DNA from: Acidobacteriaceae bacterium
GTDB taxonomy: Bacteria; Acidobacteriota; Terriglobia; Terriglobales; Acidobacteriaceae
NCBI GenBank assembly: GCA_035552995.1
Contig: DATNEM010000069.1
Coordinates: 1-46,800 of the forward strand
Direction: 5' to 3'
Length of the DNA stretch: 46,800 nucleotides
The translations under genes were made by a program, and so were the position numbers. Shown here piece after piece: positions 10,445 to 18,879 of this stretch; the first letter of the stretch is position 1, and each line of letters opens with the position of its first letter. The notes below the pieces were generated by a model. It did not search any database and was not told the DNA's origin. It worked only from the letters and a program-made list of their open reading frames with translations.

Positions 10445-11600
10445 TCCGCGCGTGCTCCGCGATCGCCGCATTGATCTCCAGCGCCAGCCCCAGCGCCGCT
10501 CGACCGTCAGCCAACGTCACCTCGGGTGCTGTCCTCGTTCTCACCGCATTCAGAAACGACTCGATCTCCAGCCGCAACGGCTCACCCTGTTCCACCGGCA
10601 TCTTCTTCAGCTCCATCCCCGGCGTCGGATGGGCTTCTGCCATCGAACGCTCGGGTGCCCCATCCGTGAGGGCTTTATCGTCACGGGTGGGATGCTGACT
10701 GCTCGCCGCGATAATCTGTTGCATCTGCTCCCGGCTCATCATCGCCATCCCCTTCGCCGCCGCGCTCACATCGATCACCAGCAGGTCCTGCCGCGCAAAA
10801 TCCAGCGACAAGTACTGATGCGGCTGAAAGAACCGCATCTTGCGCACGCGCTCGGTACTCACGCGGCTCGCCGTAAAGTTCGCCACGCATCCATTCGCAA
10901 ATTCCAGCCGCACGTTCGCAATGTCCACCTTGGGCGAAAGCACCGGCAGCCCTACCGCACGCACCTCGCGCACCGGCTCGCCCACCAGGCTCAACACCAG
11001 GTCCAGGTCGTGGATCATCAGGTCCAGCACGACATCTACATCCAGCGCGCGCGGCGTAAACACGCTCAGCCGATGCACCTCAAAGAACATCGGCCGGTTC
11101 AGCATCCCGCGCACCGCCCGCACCGCCGGATTGAAACGCTCCAGATGCCCCACTTGCACCATGCGCCCCCTCTCGCGCGCAACCGCAGCAATCGCATCCA
11201 CCTCATTGAGGCTCGCCGCAAGGGGTTTCTCAATCAGCACATCGACGCCGCTCGCCATCAGCTCGCGCGCCGTCGCCGCATGGTCCACCGTCGGCACACA
11301 CACACTCGCCGCATCAATTTTCCCAGGATGCCTGGGTGCCCCATCCGTACGCGTTCTATGCGGACGGGTGGGGTACGAACCGCTCGCCGCGATGCACTCC
11401 GCAATCGTCGCAAACCCACGCACACCGAACTCCGCCTCGGCCCGCTTGCGCGCCGCCTCGTTCGGATCGATCACCGCCGCCAGCTCAACCTTATAGCCCG
11501 CGCGCTCCAGCTCGCGATACACCCGCAGATGGTTGCGCCCAAACACGCCCGCGCCTACCACCGCAACGCGCAGCGTCTTATTCGCGTCGACCTCCGTCAT
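10422..11600 (-). CDS. Gfo/Idh/MocA family NAD-dependent oxidoreductase (GnnA/WlbA-like sugar-nucleotide dehydrogenase subgroup)
   Basis: GAGVFG Rossmann motif, EKP, GHLERFNP and DLMIHDLD. Confidence 0.88.
   Translation of the reverse strand: MTEVDANKTLRVAVVGAGVFGRNHLRVYRELERAGYKVELAAVIDPNEAARKRAEAEFGVRGFATIAECIAASGSYPTRPHRTRTDGAPRHPGKIDAASVCVPTVDHAATARELMASGVDVLIEKPLAASLNEVDAIAAVARERGRMVQVGHLERFNPAVRAVRGMLNRPMFFEVHRLSVFTPRALDVDVVLDLMIHDLDLVLSLVGEPVREVRAVGLPVLSPKVDIANVRLEFANGCVANFTASRVSTERVRKMRFFQPHQYLSLDFARQDLLVIDVSAAAKGMAMMSREQMQQIIAASSQHPTRDDKALTDGAPERSMAEAHPTPGMELKKMPVEQGEPLRLEIESFLNAVRTRTAPEVTLADGRAALGLALEINAAIAEHARKLPGLSC
10653..10692. repeat. Intragenic REP-like palindromic element, copy 1
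   Basis: GGGTGCCCCATCCGTGA-GGGCTTTATCG-TCACGGGTGGGA; 11-bp stem with one G-T pair. Confidence 0.8.
11334..11373. repeat. Intragenic REP-like palindromic element, copy 2
   Basis: GGGTGCCCCATCCGT-ACGCGTTCTATGCGG-ACGGGTGGGG; same length and arms as copy 1, different loop. Confidence 0.8.
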
Positions 11601-11609
11601 CGACGAATC

Positions 11610-11640
11610 CCTCGAACCTCGAACCCTTGACCTCGCACCT
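11610..11640. repeat. Degenerate heptamer tandem repeat
   Basis: CCTCGAA-CCTCGAA-CCCTTGA-CCTCGCA-CCT fills most of the intergenic gap. Confidence 0.6.
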
Positions 11641-11848
11641 ACTTAATAGGCGCCTCAACCGCCTGCCGGCATCGCGCATACAGCGCCAGCAGCTCCGTCA
11701 CCTGGTCGTCGGCCTTCGCGCCGCCCGCCGCGCCGAACCCTGTCGTCCCGGCCGCCTTCACACCCACGTGCGCCTGCGCCGCCACAAACTTCAACAGATC
11801 CAGCGCAATGTCCGCATCACGCCGCTGCCCATTCGCCACATCACTCAT
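11639..11848 (-). CDS. Small hypothetical protein (69 aa), probably co-transcribed with the oxidoreductase
   Basis: Purine-rich GAGAGGA upstream of ATG; two amphipathic helices (IALDLLKFVAA, LLALYARCRQAVE) joined by a Gly-rich linker. Confidence 0.7.
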   Translation of the reverse strand: MSDVANGQRRDADIALDLLKFVAAQAHVGVKAAGTTGFGAAGGAKADDQVTELLALYARCRQAVEAPIK

Positions 11849-12071
11849 CTCGTCTCAATCCTCTCAGCCCTGTCGGCTTCCACCCGATGGTATCCATCCG
11901 CGCCACCTGCACGCAAATCGCTCGATCCATGCTCGGAACACTATTTCATTCGCATCAATCATTGCGCGATGGATGAAGAGGCAGCAGCCAGGAAAGCGGT
12001 TCCGGCGATCTTGGGCGCTCGCGTCCTGGAGCACCGGCGCGACTGCATCAGCGACCATGCGGCCGGTCCAA

Positions 12072-12196
12072 CTAATTCTCCGCAGGCACGCGGTCGACCT
12101 CGTCGATGACAAGTAGTCGACGGGGACTTTGGCGGGTTTGAGCTTGAGGCCAAGCTGTTGCTGAGGCGGTGAGATGGCGGAAGCCAGCGGGAGTTG
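12072..12196 (-). pseudogene. Decayed 3' fragment of a TIGR03435-family gene
   Basis: Reads QQQLGLKLKPAKVPVDYL/(frameshift)IDEVDRVPAEN*, matching the C-terminus QEQLGLKLVPAKVPVSYLVIDHVDRVPTEN* of the gene at 13469-14308. Confidence 0.8.
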
Positions 12197-12235
12197 TGGG
12201 GCGAAAGGGCACATCCTCAGACAAAACTGCAAGCC

Positions 12236-12276
12236 GTGTGTTGCAATAACAACAAAAGTGTGTTGCAATAGCAACA
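12236..12276 (+). promoter_or_regulatory. Tandem palindromic operator, likely bound by the MarR protein
   Basis: GTGTGTTGCAATA(A/G)CAACA twice with a 22-bp period; the second copy is the perfect inverted repeat TGTTGC-N4-GCAACA and lies 13 nt before the nitroreductase ATG. Confidence 0.7.
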
Positions 12277-12289
12277 TGGGGCGTGGACT

Positions 12290-13000
12290 ATGGAAATGAA
12301 TCTGGACGCGATCTTTTATCGGCGGGCGGTGAAGTGCTTTGATGGCGCTGAAATCTCCGATGGGCTTCGCGAGCAGATTCTCCGTGCTGCCAGTTATGCT
12401 CCGTCCAGCTTCAATCTCCAACCGTACAAGTTGTATTGGGTCAGCTCCGCCACGAAAAGGATGGAGGTTGCACGGCTGTGCCTGAACCAAAAGCCGGCAC
12501 AAACCGCATCGGCTTTGATTGTGGCGGTTGCCGACCTGCGATCCCTTGCGATCACTTCGAAACTCCAGGCGGAATGCATGCGCGCAGGCGACTTCAGCGA
12601 ACAGAAGGTTCGCGACTATGAGAGGACAGCAAGGATCGGACGCATTTTGTTTCAGCCGGGCCCGTTGGGTATCTTCGCTGCGATCAAATGGATCATCTTC
12701 CGCGTGTTCAATATTTGGAAGGTCTTCGGCATGCCCCCTCTCTTCCGGCACGACTTGATGAAGTGGGCGACGAAAAGTACATCGCTGGCCTGTCAAAACC
12801 TGATGATTGCTTCCGAAGCGTTGGGTATGAACACATGTCCGATGGAGGGCTTCGACGGCCGAAGACTCTTGCGATACCTTGGTTTGTCCGGCAGGCAACA
12901 CGAGGTGGTGATGGTGATTGCGATGGGCAGGAAAGCAGCTGACTATAGCGGAGGGCCTCAGTGGCGAAGGCCTCTCGACAAGACGGTGATCATCCTATGA
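12290..13000 (+). CDS. Nitroreductase family protein
   Basis: RRAVKCF, APSSFNLQP, QNLMIASEALGMNTCPMEGFD motifs. Confidence 0.9.
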   Translation: MEMNLDAIFYRRAVKCFDGAEISDGLREQILRAASYAPSSFNLQPYKLYWVSSATKRMEVARLCLNQKPAQTASALIVAVADLRSLAITSKLQAECMRAGDFSEQKVRDYERTARIGRILFQPGPLGIFAAIKWIIFRVFNIWKVFGMPPLFRHDLMKWATKSTSLACQNLMIASEALGMNTCPMEGFDGRRLLRYLGLSGRQHEVVMVIAMGRKAADYSGGPQWRRPLDKTVIIL

Positions 13001-13437
13001 ACGCGATACCTCGACAGGAAATTCCCAACGACATCCTCCGAGACTCGATTCTCGCCCACATTGCTGCCGCATATTTCTCCGTGGGCAAACGACTGGAGCG
13101 AAAGACCCAATGCTCCGCAACTCGCGGCTTCATTCTCTCGGCATTGCGGAACGGAACTGTGCTGAACCAAAACCAGATTGCCACTCTGCTGGCTATCGAT
13201 CGCACGGTTGTGCACCGGGCGGTCAAATTGATGGTGAAGGAAGGGCTGCTGGTGGAGCGCAAAGGAGCATCGGGGAAAGAGATTCCGGTCTCTCTGACGG
13301 CGAAAGGACGAAACTACCGGGAACGCCTGATCAAAACCCGAGTAGCCGCGGATGAGGCCCTGCGCCAGCAGATGACGGCGGAGGAGCGAGAGATTTTTCT
13401 CCGGCTTTTACGACGGGCTGCCGAATGCAAGTTCTGA
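12997..13437 (+). CDS. MarR family transcriptional regulator
   Basis: ATGA overlap with the nitroreductase stop; wHTH (NQNQIATLLAIDRTVVHRAVKLMVKEGLL) and wing SLTAKG. Confidence 0.85.
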   Translation: MNAIPRQEIPNDILRDSILAHIAAAYFSVGKRLERKTQCSATRGFILSALRNGTVLNQNQIATLLAIDRTVVHRAVKLMVKEGLLVERKGASGKEIPVSLTAKGRNYRERLIKTRVAADEALRQQMTAEEREIFLRLLRRAAECKF

Positions 13438-13468
13438 CTGAGTGTTGTTATGCGTGGGGAAGCGCCGG

Positions 13469-14308
13469 CTAGTTCTCTGTGGGTACGCGATCCACATGAT
13501 CGATTACGAGATAACTCACTGGGACCTTTGCTGGCACAAGTTTGAGGCCGAGCTGCTCCTGGATGGCCGTAAAGATGGATGGCAGGCTGGAGTTAGGGTC
13601 GTCGGACGGTGCGAATTTGAGATGAACATCGTAAGTGTCGGAGAGGCCGGTTTTATCAACAACAGGTTGCCCTGCGGGGCCGTTGAGGATGTGGGCGAGT
13701 GTCTCGGCGGAGATGCCCCATGCGTCGAGGCCGCTTGACCATACCTGAGCATGAAAGGCACTGGGCATATCCTTCGGCCGCGCGCCCTCGCGGGCGGATT
13801 GGAGCTTCGGTCCTGTTTTTGCCACGACCAGTTCGTAACCTGAGACGGCGTGGCTCTCGCGATGGACCTTGAGGTTAAACCGTTGGGCGAGGAGATTCTG
13901 GAGAAGCGGCTGCATCTCTTCCCGCGTAAGCGGTTTGCCGTCAGCTACGGTTGCGTCGACGTCGTAGAGCTGGGAAGCGCCCCAGTCAGGGGATTTCTCA
14001 ATGTCCATTCCGAACGCCTGCCCGACGAGCAAGACCAGCGGCGCATTGTGCATGAAGAAATGGGGCGTCGGGTAAGTAGATGTCGAGAACTGGCCGATGC
14101 CCCGCTGAAGTTCTTCGAGCGTATGCGGGGAGACCATTTTGATCGAAGCGACCTCAAAGGAGGATGCCGTGGCAGACGCGGCGCCGGTAGCTGGAGTGGC
14201 CGACTGCGGCGCAGGCGCTTGCGCGTTAGCCGGGAGCGCGACAGCGGCGAACAAAACGGGCGCGAGAAAGATGCGGCGGCGCAGATGAGCTTTCATGGCA
14301 AAAAGCAT
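13469..14308 (-). CDS. TIGR03435/DUF3738 family secreted protein (alternative start 14296)
   Basis: Signal peptide; SFEVASIK, LQNLLAQRFNLKVH, PVVDKTGL and SIFTAIQEQLGLKL signatures. Confidence 0.9.
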   Translation of the reverse strand: MLFAMKAHLRRRIFLAPVLFAAVALPANAQAPAPQSATPATGAASATASSFEVASIKMVSPHTLEELQRGIGQFSTSTYPTPHFFMHNAPLVLLVGQAFGMDIEKSPDWGASQLYDVDATVADGKPLTREEMQPLLQNLLAQRFNLKVHRESHAVSGYELVVAKTGPKLQSAREGARPKDMPSAFHAQVWSSGLDAWGISAETLAHILNGPAGQPVVDKTGLSDTYDVHLKFAPSDDPNSSLPSIFTAIQEQLGLKLVPAKVPVSYLVIDHVDRVPTEN

Positions 14309-14383
14309 GTTACAGGAGTAATACGTATGGCAAGGTTAGGCGGAATGCATCTTGCGGGGCACCGCGATCATCCAAAAATTGGC

Positions 14384-14412
14384 TTGACTGTGTGCGGGCT
14401 GCGTTCTAGTCT
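14384..14412 (+). promoter_or_regulatory. Sigma70-type promoter for the phoH-ybeY operon
   Basis: TTGACT-N17-TAGTCT. Confidence 0.55.
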
Positions 14413-14630
14413 GTGCGCAACTTCGGCGAATATTTGGCAACTTACGCCAACCCGGCCCACGCCACCCAGACAACCCATCGTGCTGCGCAGCCTGCGGTTT
14501 GGCGTGCGCGAAACATGATCGTCTGCCTGTCGCGAGCGCGATGCCGACGGAACCAAAACAACCCTGCTGTCGTTTCTGGATTGAGGCCGGTCTACAACCC
14601 TGCACGCCCTGACGGAGGTCAGACGAACGC

Positions 14631-15674
14631 TTGATCAAAAAATCCCTGGAGATCACGCCTGGCATTGAGCCCCTGTACGGGACCCGCGACGAAAACCTTC
14701 GCCTGATGGAAGATTCCCTCGGCGTCACGATCGACCTCAGGTCCGATGCAATTGTAGTGACCGGCCCGGAGGCGGGCGTGGCGCAGGTAGAGCGCATCTT
14801 CACCGACTATGAGGCGCTGCGGCGCGGCGGGGTGACGCTCCAGAACGGCGAACTGAAGGGAATGCTGCGACTGGTGATCGCCGATCCGTCGGTGACGCTG
14901 AAGGCCCTGGTGGATTCCGGGCGGCAACGGTCGACGGGCGTGAAGCGAATGGTGCAACCGCGGTCGCCGAACCAGCGTAAGTATGTCGAGGCGATCGAAC
15001 AGAGCGACATGATTTTTGGCCTCGGGCCGGCTGGCACAGGCAAAACCTATCTTGCGGTGGCGATGGCTGTTTCGGCGCTGATGGCCAAGCGGGTCAACCG
15101 CATCATTCTCGTTCGGCCCGCGGTGGAAGCCGGCGAGCGGCTCGGGTTCCTGCCAGGCTCGTTGCAGGAGAAGGTCGATCCCTATCTGCGGCCGTTGTAT
15201 GACGCCCTGTATGACCTGCTCGATCCGCCGAAGGTGGACAAACTGCTGGAGACCAACGTGATCGAAGTGGCGCCGCTCGCGTTCATGCGCGGGCGCACCC
15301 TCTCGGACGCGTTCATCATCATGGACGAGGCGCAGAACACCACCAACGAGCAGATGAAGATGTTCCTCACGCGCATGGGCAATGGGTCGAAGGCAGTCAT
15401 CACCGGCGACCTGACGCAGATCGACCTGCCCAACCCGAAGCGCTCGGGCCTGATCGAGGCTCTGAGCGTGCTCGACGGCGTGGAGGGGATTCGCTTCTGC
15501 CACTTTGAGGATGTCGATGTGGTTCGGCATCATCTCGTGCAGCGCATCGTTCGCGCCTATGACAGCTACGGCCGCGCACAGCAGCAGCTTCCGCTGGAGC
15601 TCGGCGAGGGAATCGCAGCTGGGTTGGAGACACCGGCCGATCCAGGAATCCAACGCGTGGCCAAACCGCAATAG
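14631..15674 (+). CDS. phoH: PhoH-like ATPase (YbeZ)
   Basis: GPAGTGKT, LGFLPG, RGRT, DEAQN and GDLTQID motifs; TTG start with GGAGG upstream. Confidence 0.95.
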   Translation: MIKKSLEITPGIEPLYGTRDENLRLMEDSLGVTIDLRSDAIVVTGPEAGVAQVERIFTDYEALRRGGVTLQNGELKGMLRLVIADPSVTLKALVDSGRQRSTGVKRMVQPRSPNQRKYVEAIEQSDMIFGLGPAGTGKTYLAVAMAVSALMAKRVNRIILVRPAVEAGERLGFLPGSLQEKVDPYLRPLYDALYDLLDPPKVDKLLETNVIEVAPLAFMRGRTLSDAFIIMDEAQNTTNEQMKMFLTRMGNGSKAVITGDLTQIDLPNPKRSGLIEALSVLDGVEGIRFCHFEDVDVVRHHLVQRIVRAYDSYGRAQQQLPLELGEGIAAGLETPADPGIQRVAKPQ

Positions 15675-15753
15675 GGGCCAGGCGATTGCGGTAGGATTAA
15701 CGACGGAGGGCGAATGCGCCCTCCGTTGCCATTTGTGAGAGACGTTGCGCACA

Positions 15754-16308
15754 ATGATTACGATCGAACCTCCGCAGGGTATAGGCCAGACCGTTGAAGC
15801 AGGCCTGGCGCGGGCCTCGCTGCTGCGCTTTCTCCGGCTTGCGCGGGCCGCTGTGGGACTCGAGGGCGAAGTGCATGTGCTGCTGTCCGATGATGCGACG
15901 CTGCGGCGGCTGAACCGGCAATTCCGCGGCAAGGACAAACCAACTGATGTCCTCAGCTTTCCGGCTGGCCCCACTACGGCATTCTCTGCGCAAAAGGAAC
16001 TCGCCGGCGATCTCGCTATCTCGCTTGAAATTGCCGCGAAGCAGGCAAAGCATTTTGGCCACACAGTGGGTGATGAGGTTCGTGTCCTGATCCTGCACGG
16101 CCTGCTGCATCTGGCCGGTCTTGATCACGAACAGGACAAGGGACAGATGGCCGCACGCGAGGCCGAACTGCGCAGCGAACTTGGGCTGTCAGGCGGGTTG
16201 ATCGAGCGCATGGTTAGTAAGAGAAAACCAAATGCGCAGCTTCCTCGAGCCGGCGCAAAGCGGCTCGCTCGGGATGACGGCAGGAAAATGAAAAAGGTGC
16301 GCGCGTGA
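15754..16308 (+). CDS. ybeY: rRNA maturation endoribonuclease YbeY
   Basis: LNRQFRGKDKPTDVLSF and the HGLLHLAGLDH metal site; located after phoH. Confidence 0.95.
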   Translation: MITIEPPQGIGQTVEAGLARASLLRFLRLARAAVGLEGEVHVLLSDDATLRRLNRQFRGKDKPTDVLSFPAGPTTAFSAQKELAGDLAISLEIAAKQAKHFGHTVGDEVRVLILHGLLHLAGLDHEQDKGQMAAREAELRSELGLSGGLIERMVSKRKPNAQLPRAGAKRLARDDGRKMKKVRA

Positions 16309-17738
16309 ACGGCGCGGGCCTGTGGCACGACCTGACGATTGCCGGGTTGCTGTTGCTCCTTGCGCTGGCCTCATACGTCGATCGCGTCTACACCGAGATG
16401 GGCAAGTTTCTCGCGCGCGAATATGAGGAAAATATTGAGGCGTGGACGCGGGCGGTCGAACCGAAGCTGCACCTCGGACGCGAGTCGGTCGCGCTTTCGG
16501 CGTCAGTGCTCCGCCAATTGGCGCTTGCGGCGATTGCACTGATCGCGGGTTTGCGGCTCTACACGCATGTGCGCGCCATGCCTATGCTGGCGCGTGCGCC
16601 CAGCGTGGACGAGATCGCGCTGACGGGCGGTTTGCTGGTCCTGCTGATTCTGCTGTTCGACCGGCTGATACCGCAGTTGCTCTTTACGCGGACGCGCGGA
16701 CTGTGGATCGCGCACATCCGGTATTTCTTGCAGGCGCTCTTCTACCTGATGCTGCCCATCACGCTGACGCTCGGGCTGCTGCTCTCCATCGTCGCGCTGG
16801 CGGAGCCCGAGGATGCGGCGGAAGAAGACCGGCCGTCGGAGGCGGTCGAAGCCCTGCTCGAGGCAGGCGAAGATGAGGGCATCCTCGAAGAGAGCGACCG
16901 CGATCTGGTGCGCTCGGTGGTCGAGTTCGGCGACAAGGTAGTGCGTGAGGTGATGACGCCGCGGCCGGAGATCTTTGCCGTGCCGGAGACGCTGACTCTC
17001 GAAGAGTTTCTCGCCCGCCTGAAGGAGAATGCCTTCTCCCGCGTGCCGACCTATGCGGACTCGCTCGACCACATCACCGGCATTGTCTTCGCGCGCGACT
17101 TGTTGCAAGCTGTCGGCACGGACGCGATGCACGCGACCGTCGCCGACCTGCAGCGCGAAGCGGAGTTCGTGCCCGAGACGAAGAAAGTGGCGGAATTGCT
17201 GCGCGAGATGCAGCACGCACAGCAGCACATCCGTGTCGTGATCGACGAATACGGCGGCGTTGCGGGGGTGGTGACCATCGAGGACTTGCTGGAGACAATC
17301 GTCGGCGCCATCGCCGACGAGCATGACGAGCCCGAAGAGAACACGGAGGCAGTGCGCGAGCCGGACGGCAGCTTCGTGGTTCCGGGCAGCTTCGAGGTCT
17401 CACGCCTGCGCGAGTTGTTTGCCGATTCGCCTGAAATGCATGCACCGGAAATCGAAAAGAATAAGTCACCTGAGCCGGGGACCGAAGAAGAGGAGTCCGA
17501 AACCGTGGAACGCAATGGCACGTCGTGGACGCCTCTATCGCTGCCGCAGCACTATGAGGCGACGACGCTGGGCGGCCTGGTCAGTGAGATCGCAGGCCAC
17601 ATTCCGCTGCCGGGCGAGATCGTTGAGGAAGACGGCCTGCGGCTGGAGGTGCTGGCGTCGACGGAGCGCAAGGTGGAGCGCGTCCGCGTGGGAAGAAGCG
17701 AGGCAGGGAGTCAGCAAGTCAGCGAGTCGAACGGTTGA
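16305..17738 (+). CDS. HlyC/CorC (CNNM) family CBS-domain membrane protein
   Basis: TM N-domain; VREVMTPR, FSRVP and VIDEYGGVAGVVTIEDLLE motifs; CorC C-domain; GTGA overlap with ybeY. Confidence 0.9.
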   Translation: MNGAGLWHDLTIAGLLLLLALASYVDRVYTEMGKFLAREYEENIEAWTRAVEPKLHLGRESVALSASVLRQLALAAIALIAGLRLYTHVRAMPMLARAPSVDEIALTGGLLVLLILLFDRLIPQLLFTRTRGLWIAHIRYFLQALFYLMLPITLTLGLLLSIVALAEPEDAAEEDRPSEAVEALLEAGEDEGILEESDRDLVRSVVEFGDKVVREVMTPRPEIFAVPETLTLEEFLARLKENAFSRVPTYADSLDHITGIVFARDLLQAVGTDAMHATVADLQREAEFVPETKKVAELLREMQHAQQHIRVVIDEYGGVAGVVTIEDLLETIVGAIADEHDEPEENTEAVREPDGSFVVPGSFEVSRLRELFADSPEMHAPEIEKNKSPEPGTEEEESETVERNGTSWTPLSLPQHYEATTLGGLVSEIAGHIPLPGEIVEEDGLRLEVLASTERKVERVRVGRSEAGSQQVSESNG

Positions 17739-18410
17739 CTACTCGCATTTGCCTTTGCACTTGATGGCGTAGCTCGCGAGGTCCTTGATCGGCTCGTTGT
17801 AGCGGATGTTGGAGTAGCTGGCAGTGTTGGTGTTGCCGGCGGGATCGAAGGTTTCGAGCTTGAGGGAGACGTCGCGCGCTGGATCGACCCACATGGTGAT
17901 GTGGGAGTAGTTGGCCTTCACGCTGGGGTCTTTGGAGACGAGATCAAGCTTCTCTACCTTCACGCCATCGATGGTTTCGGAGCCCTGGTCGCTGATGTTC
18001 CATGCCTTGGCGAGATCGGAGCCGGAGCCGCCGAAGCCGAGCGTGAGATAAGTCTGGAAGCGCGCCTGATCGGCCCCGCTCGCTGCATGGGTCTCCACAT
18101 GATTGGGCCCGGCCTGATAGACGCGGAGCGTGCCGGCCTTGTACTCCATGACGGTGCCGTCGTCGAGCTTCAGACCCATCTGGACGGAATTGCCGGTGCG
18201 CAGAAAGTAGATGGAGCCGGTCTGCGTGGTGGTGTCGTGGACGAGGCGATCGTACTGCTCACGCTTGATGCTCGCCTGGGCCTTCTGGAAGTTCTTACTC
18301 GATGCGTCCATCTGCGTGAGCACGGCGCTCAGGTTGCCGCTCTGTGCCATGCCGGTGCAGGGAAGCAGGGCGAGTGCGGCGGCGATTGCGAGGATGCGAG
18401 GGCGGTTCAT
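17739..18410 (-). CDS. LolA-like periplasmic lipoprotein carrier-fold protein
   Basis: Signal peptide from MNRPRILA; G-x-IYF, ETIDGVKVEKLDL, ITMWVD and YSNIRYN pattern typical of the LolA fold. Confidence 0.65.
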   Translation of the reverse strand: MNRPRILAIAAALALLPCTGMAQSGNLSAVLTQMDASSKNFQKAQASIKREQYDRLVHDTTTQTGSIYFLRTGNSVQMGLKLDDGTVMEYKAGTLRVYQAGPNHVETHAASGADQARFQTYLTLGFGGSGSDLAKAWNISDQGSETIDGVKVEKLDLVSKDPSVKANYSHITMWVDPARDVSLKLETFDPAGNTNTASYSNIRYNEPIKDLASYAIKCKGKCE

Positions 18411-18484
18411 CGTCCATTGCATAGGCTCAACATTGGATGCGTTGCTCGAGCCGGAAAGACCAGGGATCTTTGCCACCCGATCCA

Positions 18485-18874
18485 TCAGCGGAGCACCCAG
18501 GCATCGTAGGCAACGATCTTCTTCTGGGCGTCGTAGACCGGGTCGGCATGCTCATAGGTGACTGCGCCGGCGATGGGCTCGACCACGTGAAGGATGGCAG
18601 CTCGACGGTCTGCTTCACTCTGGTTAGGAGTTGGACCACCCCGGACGTCAGTGCGTATCTGGTAGACGAACTGGGCGCTCGAACCAACCTGGCCGGCCTC
18701 CCTGACGAGGACCTCGGTGGAGCGGACGGCGACGGTTTCGACGGGGCGGTCTTTGAAGTCGATGAAGCGAGGTGAGACAAAGAGGAAGAGCAGGATGAGG
18801 GTGACCAGCACGTCATAGTGGAGGCTGCCGCGCTCGTAGGTCCACCAGAAGTAGCTCTTCAACAGATTGGCCAT
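18485..18874 (-). CDS. Hypothetical membrane-anchored protein
   Basis: G-rich RBS before MANLLKSYFWWTYERGSLHYD; one TM helix; codon usage like its neighbours. Confidence 0.75.
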   Translation of the reverse strand: MANLLKSYFWWTYERGSLHYDVLVTLILLFLFVSPRFIDFKDRPVETVAVRSTEVLVREAGQVGSSAQFVYQIRTDVRGGPTPNQSEADRRAAILHVVEPIAGAVTYEHADPVYDAQKKIVAYDAWVLR

Positions 18875-18879
18875 GGTTG

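Noticed and set aside
10062-11630. 522-aa plus-strand ORF
   Set aside because: Mostly antisense shadow of the oxidoreductase; Arg/His-rich with no recognisable motifs.
11864-12901. 345-aa minus-strand ORF
   Set aside because: Antisense to the nitroreductase; only the short TIGR03435 remnant within it is meaningful.
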